64,000 bases of DNA from Octopus vulgaris. Lineage: Eukaryota. The stretch spans positions 29,388,001-29,452,000 of the forward strand of contig OX597814.1 of NCBI GenBank assembly GCA_951406725.2, in the 5' to 3' direction. Shown here in pieces: positions 53,847-64,000 of this stretch (position 1 is the first letter of the stretch; each line of letters begins with the position of its first letter). A program made the position numbers and the translations under genes. Below the pieces are notes generated by a model. It searched no databases. It saw only the letters and a program-made list of their open reading frames with translations, and was not told where the DNA came from.

Positions 53847-56167
53847 TTGGGTCATCCCATAAATAATGCCATTTTTTCAACTGCATGAACTAAATGTCGG
53901 AGGGAGATAGGATAAACTACTTGCATCAACTTGCTATGAAAACAAGTAGTAATTTTACCTTGTGCTTATTCTTAGTGCAAATTTTGAAGAGTGCTGTTCG
54001 ATTTTAACAGTTATTTTTTCAAAGCTATAATGGAAGTGACAAACGAGCATTTTATGAGTTCAATAAAGGCAACAATGCAATGGAAAGTGCAGGGAATATT
54101 AATGCAGTATATGGAAATTGGGCAATAAGCGTAAACCAGTGTCAACGGTGGTTACAGAAATTCTAAGCCGGAAACTACAGCCTAGAAGACGAGCTTTGTC
54201 CTGTAGAGCTTGACAAGGATGTTCTGCAAATCCTGGTGGAACAAAATCCCATCGTAGCTGTTGAAGAACTAGCAGAGAAGCTTGAATTTGGTCATTCATT
54301 GACACCTGCATGCCATTAGAAAAGTCAGCAAATTGAGTCAATGGGTTGCTCACAAACTTTCCGAGTCTAATCACGTTCAGAGAGTGAATATGTGTTCTTT
54401 GCTGTCATGTCTCACAAACGAACCTTTTTTGGACTGAATAGTAATTAGTGATGAGAAATGGGTTCTCTATAAAAATGTCAAACGCCAAAGACAGTGGGTA
54501 GGGAAAGGAAACACTAGCACCCCAGGCTAAAGAAAGTCTTCACCCACGTAAGGTGTTGTTATCTGGTTGGTTGGATATGAAAGATTTAGTCCACTTTGAA
54601 CTTTTGAAAACAAACCAAATGATAACTTAGGAGATCTACTGTGAGCAGCTTAACCCTTTCGTTACTATATTTCTGACCAAAATACACCCCTTATGTGTTT
54701 CAATTAATTTCTAACGTAATCATAAATTTAGTCTGGTTTCATTAAACAACTATAACTTTTTTATTTATCAATATATTAATCTGATTTTTGGAAGATAATT
54801 TAATGAAATATTCTCAACCAATTCTATACTACAATTTTTGTCACAAAGTGACTCTAATTGCAGGTAGATACAGGTAAATTCAACAATATATAAAATTATT
54901 AAAATTTTGTTCAAACATCGCTATAGAAAATGGGTTATTAGCTAATATTCAATTGGGTATACAACAAAATTTTACGATAGAATTTGTTATTCTGGGTAAC
55001 TTTCTGATACCCATAATAATATTTACGGCAAAATAGTCTTAATTTCATTTAAGGTTATGGGAAACCACAAACTATCGTTTCTTTCGCTTTGTTTATGTTT
55101 AGCGTAACAGTTCGTTTTCGCCGTAATGATTTCAAATAGGCTCATTCGAAAAAGTAAAAAGAAATAGTCTAAGGCTTTACTCCTCTGGGAAAGTCTGTGG
55201 CTTGGGCCAGTTTCTTCAGAAAAATCACCGAAAGAAACAGTTTTTAAATTTTCACTCCATTCAGGTGCCAATTCATTTTCTTTATCGCTGTCGGAGCTCT
55301 CGAATTCACTGTTTTCACTTTCAGAAAATGAAACATCAGATTCATTATCAAATACCATGTGCTTTTTTTTTCAGTCATAGAGTTAGATTTATCAAGGTCT
55401 TCAGTAGAAAATCCTTCGAATTCTGACTCGCTGCTTGATATAATGAAATTCGTATCCATTTTTTGTCAGAATTACAAATTTTGAAAACACAATAGGAACA
55501 AATTTCGGCAAAAAATCTCTCAAAATTCACGGAATTAAAATTACACTTCGATTATTGTACAAAACTGTAGTTGAACTGTTTACGAAGTATAATACGTGTT
55601 TTCACGAATGTACTAAAGAGATTTGCTCTGATATTCTCATTTAAATATGAATAGGTAAATTCTGGCGGGTTGGTCACATTAACCAAAATTTTGGGGCGGC
55701 TTTGGGCGGTTTGGTAATGAAAGGGTTAAGTCACCACTAGAAGAAAAACGACCGTCTTTGGTTTCAAGACGAAAGGAATTCTTCCATCAGGACAATGCTC
55801 AGCCACATACAGCGAGGATGACATTCCAAAGGCTGGAGCAGTTCGAATGGGAAACAATGCCCCACCCACCATATTCGCCGCACATTGCCCCATCTGATTA
55901 TCATTTATTCTGTAGTCTTCAAAATCATTTGGACGAAAAAATACGAATTCTGTAGATGAGGTCAGAACAGTACTGGAAGTGTAATTTTCATCACAGACAA
56001 ATGAATTTTGGAAGAAGGGCGTTTGCAAGTCTACCAGATAGATGCAAGAACATTGTAGAAAATGAAAGAGACTTTATTTTAGATTAAAAAACAACTTTGG
56101 TTTATCTTAATTTTGAAAAATAAAAGAAGTATAAAAGAAAAACTGCATTATTTATGGGATGACCCAA
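53847..56167 (+). mobile_element. Full-length decayed mariner element with intact TIRs and TA TSD, interrupted by piggyBac
   Basis: TIR ttgggtcatcccataaataatgc at both ends with TA flanks. Motifs IVISDEKWVLY, HQDNAQPH and HPPYSPHIAPSDYHLF. Confidence 0.93.
54654..55725 (-). mobile_element. Internally deleted piggyBac element (1072 bp) nested in mariner
   Basis: TTAA TSD at 54650 and 55726; TIR ccctttcgttac. The minus strand encodes an acidic N-terminus followed by DYFFLLF..II..TNCYA..W.PITLNEIK of piggyBac transposase. Confidence 0.9.
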
Positions 56168-56289
56168 TAGCTTTTTCAGTAACCTCACCATACCTTATTC
56201 TTAACTCTGATCACATTCTTTTACCATCAGTTATGTCCCCTGACTTTCTACCATCACCTCTCATTAAATTCTGCTCCCAACAACCTTAT

Positions 56290-56682
56290 ACTCTTTTACT
56301 TGTTTCAGTCATTTGACTGCGGCCATGCTGGAGCACCGCCTTTAGTCGAGCAAATCGACCCCGGGACTTATTCTTTGTAAGCCCAGTATTTATTCTATCG
56401 GTCTCTTTTGCCGAACCGCTAAGTGACGGGGACGTAAACACACACCAGCATCGGTTGTCAAGCAATGCTAGGGGGACAAACACAGACACACAAACACATA
56501 CACACACATACATATTTATATATATACATATATACGACAGGCTTCTTTCAGTTTCCATCTACCAAATCCACTCACAAGGCATTGGTCGGCCCGGGGCTAT
56601 AGCAGATGCCACGCAGTGGGACTGAAGCCAGAACCATGTGGTTGGTTAGCAAGCTACTTACCACACAGCCACTCCTGCGCCT
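56290..56682 (-). mobile_element. SINE family A copy
   Basis: Matches the other copies. Confidence 0.9.
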
Positions 56683-56737
56683 ATACTTCAATTTATATAT
56701 TTATTTGATTTTTTGTTCCTATTCTTTTTTTTTTCAG

Positions 56738-56796
56738 TACTTTGGCTTAGATTTGAACTTTGGGCCATACAAAATTGATTATACAAGGAATGGAAG
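56738..56796 (+). CDS. WDR46: WDR46 exon (YFGLDLNFGPYKIDYTRNGR)
   Basis: FGPY..DY.RNGR motif. AG/GT in phase. Confidence 0.95.
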
Positions 56797-57353
56797 GTAT
56801 GAAGGTTTTACTTGTTAATTGTTAATAAATTGTTAATTAATTGTTAATAAATTGTTAATAAATTTAATGATATCTTTTGACACGAGTGCTTGTTCAGTTT
56901 GTAGTAAGAAAGAATAAAGTTGATGAAATGTACTTTCACTACATTCCTAACTTTTCTCTTCTATTTGAGAAAATGGACAACTCATATTTGTTGTCTCTCA
57001 GTCTTGGGTACTGGCTTTGGTATAGTTTCATGAAATATTCTTTATGTAAAAAACTAGGTAACATTTCTCACAGCTCTCTTATAACCATTTTAATTAGAAT
57101 TACACTTTTTGGGAAAAGAATGAAACATTATCTTAATGACTAACTCTGGTCAAGAAAGGCAGGGGATACAACCCATGGAATTTAAATTCAATATCGAATG
57201 CAGTCAGCATGTAAGTCTGAGCCTTAGTATACAGTGACAACTCCAGGCATATTTTGGTCTCATTTAACCTCATCAGTGAAAAAGATAGTCTAACTGTTAT
57301 TGCAAAGTTATATAGTTTTATTATTATTATTATTATTATTTTTTTTTTTACAG

Positions 57354-57458
57354 ACACCTGCTTCTTGGAGGGAAAAAAGGACATGTAGCTGCCCTCGAGT
57401 GGCAAACTAAAAAACTCTGCAATGAAATGAATGTAATGGAATCAATCACTGATGTTAA
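57354..57458 (+). CDS. WDR46: WDR46 exon ([35 protein letters not shown])
   Basis: GG..GHVAA..W.TKKL..E.NVME motif. AG/GT in phase. Confidence 0.97.
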
Positions 57459-57569
57459 GTAAGATTCATTTGTTTGATTAGAAATATATAAATGTGTGTG
57501 TGTATGTTTATATATATATATATGTGTGTATGTATGTATGTATCCTTGTTTGTGTAGACAACTCTTGTT

Positions 57570-57950
57570 CATCATCATCATCATCGTTTAACGTCCGCTT
57601 TCCATGCTAGCATGGGTTGGACGCTTCAACTGGGGTCTGGGAAGCCCGAAGGCTGCACCAGGCCAGTCAGATCTGGCAGTGTTTCTACAGCTGGATGCCC
57701 TTCCGAACGCCAACCACTCCGTGAGTGTAGTGGGTGCTTTTTATGTGCCACCGACACAGGTGCCAGACAAGGCTGGCGAACGGCCACGCTCGGATGGTGT
57801 TTTTTATGTGCCACCGACACAGGTGCCAGACGAGGCTGGTGAACGGCCACGCTTGGATGGTGTTATTTACGTGCCACCAGCACGGAAGCCAGGTGAGGCT
57901 GGCATGGCCATGATCGGATGGTGTTTGTTACGTGCCCACAGCACGGAGGC
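57570..57950 (-). mobile_element. RTE-type LINE 3' UTR fragment
   Basis: Reverse complement of the 19068-19565 family, with fewer minisatellite units. Confidence 0.8.
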
Positions 57951-57966
57951 CTGTCGAGGATATTAA

Positions 57967-58187
57967 CCCTTTAGCATTCTGATCAGTCCATCAAATGTAA
58001 TACTTATTTATTCATAACTTTTTAAAATAAATCATGCATTATCTTGTAGCTTCAAGGTTTTAATGATGTGAGTGTTCATTTTTAGAATGACATTGTAATG
58101 CAGGTGTAACAGGCTGGATCTGGCTGGTTTCAACAGAAAACAGATAGAATATTTGAGCCTGATATGACTGGTTTAAATTCTAAAGGG
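57967..58187. mobile_element. TTAA-type (piggyBac-like) MITE
   Basis: TTAA|ccctttag ... ctaaaggg|TTAA. Confidence 0.85.
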
Positions 58188-59249
58188 TTAAAAGAAGAAA
58201 CCCCTGCCTACCTCCTTCCCCTTACAACATACCTCAGGCCTTGTTTTGTTCTCAGTGATTTATAAGCCCTGAAAAATACCACACTTAATTTCTCCTTATT
58301 TGCACCCCTACTGCCTCATTGTAACCTGATCTGCCTCTTGTCCTGTTAGCTCTGAGTACAGGTCAGAATATTCTGTTGATCTCCACTTCCATATCTTGTG
58401 CAGCATCTCTAACTTCTTGCTTGCATCAATATTTTGCCTCTTCAGAACAGTATATTTAGGCTAAGAGGTTGAAAAACATAGGCTACAGTATTTAATTGCA
58501 CTCAAGCACAATAATTTCTTTTTTTTTTTCTTTACTTGTTTCAACCAAAAGACTGCGGCTATACTGGAGCACCGTCTTTAGTCAAGCAAATTGACTGTTT
58601 CCTTGTAAGCTTAGTACTCATTCTATTGGCCTCTTTTGCCAAACCACTAAGTTACGGGGGACATAAACACACCAGCATCAGTTGTCGAGCGGTGTTGTGA
58701 GAACAAACACAGACACACAACCATACACACACACACACACACAACGGGCTTCTGTCAGTTTCTGTCTATCATATCCACTTTGATCAGCCCTAGGTGCCAA
58801 GCAGTGGGACTGAACCCAGAACCATGTGGTTGGTAAGCAAGCTATTTATCATACGGCCACTCCTTTGCCTATGTTTATTATGTTTACATAAAACATTTAT
58901 ATTTATATAATTGCATAATTATATACTAATATAGTACTTATTTTTTGAAGCTTGGTACTTACTCTGTCAGTCTCTTTTGCTAAACTGCTAAGTTCCTTGG
59001 ATGTAAACACACCAGTTATCAAGCAGTGGTGGGATGACAAAGACAGACACGCATAGCTATATATAGAATATGAGGGGTTTAGTTCACATGTGATCTAAAC
59101 AAATAGGTATGCTGGGTAAATGCTATTGTTGGTCGATAGTTGGGTCCCAATATCACAGCTAAGGATGGATCTAGGGATCCGTATTAGGGTTCCATTATAG
59201 CAGATGTATATTATATTAGGAAAAGTGAAAGCCAAGGTAATGTGAGTAT

Positions 59250-59500
59250 CTCAAGTCATTGAGAATAACTTAATTGGGGTAAGGTGAATTTGAAGTCTTA
59301 GAGCTGTTTCTGGGATAGCCCAAGTGGTGGGTTAGCATGTCCATGCACTGGGTATTCTATCATCAGAGACAAGGGTACAGATATTTTAGAAAAGTAACCC
59401 AGTGCATGGACATGCTAATCTACCACTTGAGCTATCCCAGAAACAGCTCTGAGACTTCAAATTCACCTTACCCTAATTAAATTATTCTAAATGACTTGAG
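59250..59500. repeat. Fold-back (104-bp arms, 43-bp spacer) of a Penelope pLTR-like sequence with a degenerate hammerhead on the minus strand (59295-59370)
   Basis: Arms 59250-59353 and 59397-59500 are reverse complements. The minus strand reads gtct-CTGATGA-helixII-GAAAC-agct-CTA-agac. Confidence 0.75.
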
Positions 59501-59540
59501 TTGTTTCTTCTTCTTTGGTTTTCATTTTCCCTCTACTATA

Positions 59541-60180
59541 ATCATCATCATCGTTTAACGTCCATTTTCCATGCTAACATGGGTTGAACGGTTTGACCGG
59601 GGTCTGGGAAGCCAGGAGGCTGCACCAGGCTCCAATCTTGATCTGGCATAGTTTCTACAGCTGGATGCCCTTCCTAATGCCAACCACTCCATGAGTGTAG
59701 TGGGTGATTTTTACGTGCCACCAGCATAGGGGCCAGAGGAGGCTGGCATAGGCCACGATCGGTTGGTGCTTTTTACATGCCACTGGCATGTGTATCACAA
59801 CTACAATTTCCATTTGATTTTGATTTTTATGTTGATGTACTTGGCTCAATAGGTCTCCTCAAGCACAGCAGGTCGCCCTATGATCCAAGGTAAGCACAGC
59901 AGGCCATCCTACAAGCCATGAAGTCGCTTCATTTATTGGGTCTTTGCAGTCACAGCATATCTCCAGAGGTCTCGGTCTTTCATCATTGCCTCTGTGAGGC
60001 CCAATGTTCGAAGGTCATGCCTGACCACCTTATCCCATGTCTTCCTGGGTCTACCTCTACTCCGGATTCTTTCAACTGTTGGGGAGTGGCACTTCTTCAC
60101 ACATCTCTCCTCATCCATCTATAGTACATGACCATACCAACGCAACCGTCTCTCCTGCACGCCACATCCGATGCTTCTTA
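59541..60180 (-). mobile_element. RTE-type LINE 3' fragment
   Basis: ORF end [36 protein letters not shown], then 3' UTR and (GAT)n tail. Confidence 0.88.
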
Positions 60181-60231
60181 CATACATGCATGCACACATG
60201 AAACATGGACTTTAAAGTTAAATAATGATAT

Positions 60232-60577
60232 GTAAAAAGCACCATCCGTTCGTGGCCGTTGCCAGTGCCGGTGGCACATAAAAGCACCATCCGTTCGTGT
60301 TCGTTGCCAGCCTCGCCTGGCCCCCGTGCCGGTGGCACGTAAAAGTACCATGCGTTCGTGGCCATTAGCCAGCTCCATCTGGCTCCTGTGCGGGTGGCAC
60401 GTAAAAAGCACCCACTACACTCGTGGAGTGGTTGGCGTTAGGAAGGGCATCCAGCCGTAGAAACACTGCCAGATCAGACTGGGCCTGATGCAGCCTTCTG
60501 GCTTCACAGACCCCAGTTGAACCGTCCAACCCATGCTAGCATGGAAAACGGATGCTAAATGATGATGATGATGATGA
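60232..60577 (+). mobile_element. RTE-type LINE 3' UTR fragment
   Basis: Same family in the opposite orientation, with a (GAT)n tail. Confidence 0.82.
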
Positions 60578-61233
60578 TCTCCCCTTTCACATCCTTGCAA
60601 GCCTACCTGCACACAATGTCTCCCTGTCAAATTTCTTTCCCATGACGTATCCTCCTCACACCCTACTCCTTCCACTTGTGTCCATCCATCACTACATCAT
60701 ACCTCCCCTCCATATCCGGCTCTCCTTTCACAGTCTCATGAACTTACCCACCTACTCACCCTATCCAATTCTTAGTTTCACTTCATTTATATGCACCTCC
60801 CTGTAACCTGAGTGTACCTTCCATCATATCTTCTCAATCCTCTATCTCTCTCCCCTATCTTTCCACTTTCTTTTTTCCAACTAATGTAGCTATGCATCTT
60901 CTTCACTGCAAGACGCATGTTTCTGCTCCACTATTCACACTCCAATCTCTCATTAACTGGCACAAAGACACCTCCTTCAGTATTATTCTTCCCTTCAGTT
61001 GAGCGAGTTCTTGTCTTGCAAGTTATTTAGTGACTTAACTATTGCTGGTGTCATGTAAAAAATGCCCAATACAGTTTGTAAAGTGGTTGGTGTTAGGAAG
61101 GACACCCACCCATTGAAACCAAGCCAAAGCAGACAGCACGGTTCAGCAGTCCTCTGGCCTGCCAGATTCTATCAAACCATCCAACATGTGCCAGCATGGA
61201 AGTGAGATGTTAAATGATGTGTTTTTTTTTTAA

Positions 61234-61454
61234 CCCTTTTTCATTTAGATTATTCTGTTAAAGGTAATTCTTATTTATTCACATTGTTTTGAATTAATCA
61301 TGTATTATCCCAAAGCTTCAAGATTTCAATGATGTGATTGTTTTATTTTTAGAATGGCATTGTTGGGTAGGTGGGAATGGCTGGATCTAGTCAGTTTGGA
61401 CATAAAACAGGTAGAATATTCTGGCTGAATATTACTGGTTTGAATACTAATGGG
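61234..61454. mobile_element. TTAA-type (piggyBac-like) MITE
   Basis: TTAA|ccc ... ggg|TTAA, similar to the 34656 copy. Confidence 0.8.
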
Positions 61455-61638
61455 TTAAACCAAGTATAGACCTTAGCAAGTTTCACATTGTCAGAGATGA
61501 AACTTGGAGTAAGAATTTTGTAAAGTTTCCAATGAATATGATAAAACTCTACATTTTGTATTGAGTACTCTCTTTTCCTCCTGGTTTACACAATTTTTTG
61601 TGTCATAAGTGAAATATATTTATTTTTTATCTTAACAG

Positions 61639-61789
61639 ATGGCTTCACCAGGAAACTATGTTTGCAGTTAGTCAGAAGCAATGGACCTATATTTATGACA
61701 ATCGTGGCATTGAAATACATTGTTTGAAAACTTTAGATCAAACTTTACAAATGGAATACCTTCCTTACCACTTTCTGCTTGTGGCAGCA
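61639..61789 (+). CDS. WDR46: WDR46 exon ([43 protein letters not shown])
   Basis: YIYD..G.E.HC and LPYHFLL are diagnostic of WDR46/Utp7. AG/GT in phase. Confidence 0.97.
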
Positions 61790-63846
61790 GTAAGTATACT
61801 TTATTGACTTTATGAAATATCTAAGATAATGTGAAGAATTCTTTTCCTTTGTAATAAAAACAAATTCTACCTGTGCATTTAAGATAATTTTATAAAATAA
61901 ATGTTTTTTGGAAAGATATGCTGGCTTTCAAAAATGAAAATGGAAATAAAATAGCCTTATTTTAAATTGTGAAAATGTCAGGATGCTACTTGTGAAGGCA
62001 AGAATATAAAATGGAATCCACAAAAATAGATTATAAGAAATTAACACCAAAGAAAATCCAGGAAGTAATATCAAGGACAAAGTCAACTGCAATTTCTTAT
62101 AACCTATGCTAGTATAGAAGTCATCATCCTCATCGTTTAACGTCTGTTTTCCATGCTAGTATGGGTTGGATAGTTCGACCAAGGGCTGAGAAGCCAGGAG
62201 ACTGCACCAAGCTCCTGTCTGATCTGGCGGTGTTTCTACAGCTGGATGCCCTTCCTAACGCCAACCACTCCATGAGTGTAATGGGTGCTTTTTACGTGCC
62301 ACCGACACAGGTACCAGCGTGGGGTGTGGCAGCGGCCATGATCGGTTGGTGCTTTTTACGTGCCACCCGGCACAGGTACCAGAGGGGGGGGGCAGCGGCC
62401 ATGATCGGTTGGTGCTTTTTACGTGCCACCGGTATAGACATTTAAAGGGTAATGATGATGATGGTTATAATATTACATTTGCAGTTCAGGCATACATATA
62501 TGTGATTGGTTGTTTATACCATCAAACTCTGGATGGCTTTGAAGTTATTTTGTTTTCAGAGCTTATCAGTTTTCTAATGGAAGGTTTTAAGTGCCTACAT
62601 TTAAATCAAATTGTACAGCATCTCACTGAACTATTCAGCTACCACTAACATAGTGTTTGTCCTAAACTGATAGTGTAGTATTTGTGTAGTAAATAAGGGC
62701 TGTAATTGACAAAGTACTGACCTACTGGATAAAGGATGTTTAGACCCCATTACTCAATTTTCTAATTACAATGATGAATACCACCACCACCACCATCATT
62801 TTTTTTATTTGTTGTTTAGTACCATGTCAGCACTGATCAAACAAGCTGTAATTAAGATAGTCATGACCATTGTGCCTTTTATCCAGACATAGTGTATCTA
62901 GACTACCTTCATGTTGGCATTGTTTGGACAGAACTACAGAATAGCATATTTATGTGTGTCACTGTGTGATCCATCTTGCTAATATCTGATCTGATTCAGT
63001 TTTGTTTCAGCTCTTTCTGAGATTACCTTTATTCTGATCTGTTCTATACACTATCTGCCTTTAGTTTTTCTTTTGTTCTCGGTCTTGTTCCCACTCCACT
63101 TTTCTTCATCATTCCTCATAGGCTCACATTACCTCACAACACTTGATTTTTTATCATCATCACTTAACACCTGTTTTTCCATGCTAGCATGGTTTGGACA
63201 GTCTCAGCTTCTCAATCCTTCATCTGATGCACTCTGATTATCATCATCACTTAATACCTGTTTTTTCCATGCTAGCATGGTTTGGACAGTCTCAGCTTCT
63301 CAATCTTTCATCATCTGATGCACACAAAAATTCATCAAACTTTGATGTGGTGTGTGTGTTTTTGGTATGGTTTTTTATGACTGGTTTTTAAGACCACCTT
63401 CTATATAACCTGGACTTCACCTAACATTATATCATTCATTCAAATGTCTTATACTATGGCTCTGTGTCACCAAAGTCTTGTGAGTGGATTTAGTTGACAG
63501 AGACTGGAAGAAGCCCATCGTGTGTGTGTGTATTTTGACATCATATGATTGTTGTAAATGAGCTTCACTGTCATACAAGCAGTATTCATTTCCAGTCTTC
63601 TACGAAAAACAAGTCTGGCTATGAGGAAATATTACCTTGCCTGGAAACAAGTGAGGTTTGACAACAGGTAGGGCATCCTACTACAACAAATTCTATCTGA
63701 CCCATGCAAGCATGGAAAAATGAGTATCAAATGAATGGATGATATAATGTGACTGCAACATGTGTAAGCATCTTTTCAGCATACACACGATTTTCCAACA
63801 TTCAGTACATTGTTATAACTTGGTGTGTATCTCTATTGTTTTCCAG

Positions 63847-63982
63847 AATGCAAGAGGATATTTGTCCTACCTGGACACCTCCATTGGTAGTAAAGTTTCA
63901 GCTATCAGAACTAATATGGGCCGTTTAAATGTTATGTGTCAGAATCCATCTAATGCTATTATACACCTCGGACATTCAAATG
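63847..63982 (+). CDS. WDR46: WDR46 exon ([31 protein letters not shown]); gene continues beyond the window
   Basis: [13 protein letters not shown] motif. AG/GT in phase. Confidence 0.97.
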
Positions 63983-64000
63983 GTAAGGGCTCAAACTATT

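Noticed and set aside
55023-55459. Acidic host protein gene antisense to WDR46
   Set aside because: Frameshifted piggyBac transposase N-terminus within TTAA-flanked TIRs.

Overview
AT-rich, repeat-dense animal genomic DNA. The SINE/LINE repertoire and long (TA)n tracts look like an octopod cephalopod; this is an inference. Two spliced genes sit head-to-head about 5.7 kb apart. CDC7 kinase is on the minus strand with 10 coding exons (33622->13757, 1419 nt, 472 aa, all GT-AG junctions in phase). The 5' part of WDR46/UTP7 is on the plus strand with 8 coding exons from 44525, running off the window end. Introns and intergenic DNA hold at least three tRNA-derived SINE families, RTE, CR1 and RLE-type LINE remnants, Tc1/mariner, piggyBac-type TTAA elements, Helitrons, a solo LTR and microsatellites. 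The most notable structure is a nearly homogeneous 3.8-copy array of a non-coding 532-bp unit (1125-3150) between (TA)n tracts. Every unit carries an intact type I hammerhead ribozyme with a palindromic helix III, so the array is retrozyme/Penelope-like and could produce 532-nt self-cleaved or circular RNAs. Two more hammerhead-bearing elements occur: a tRNA-headed SINE at about 3.2-3.5 kb and a fold-back at about 59.3 kb. All calls were made by eye, without database searches.
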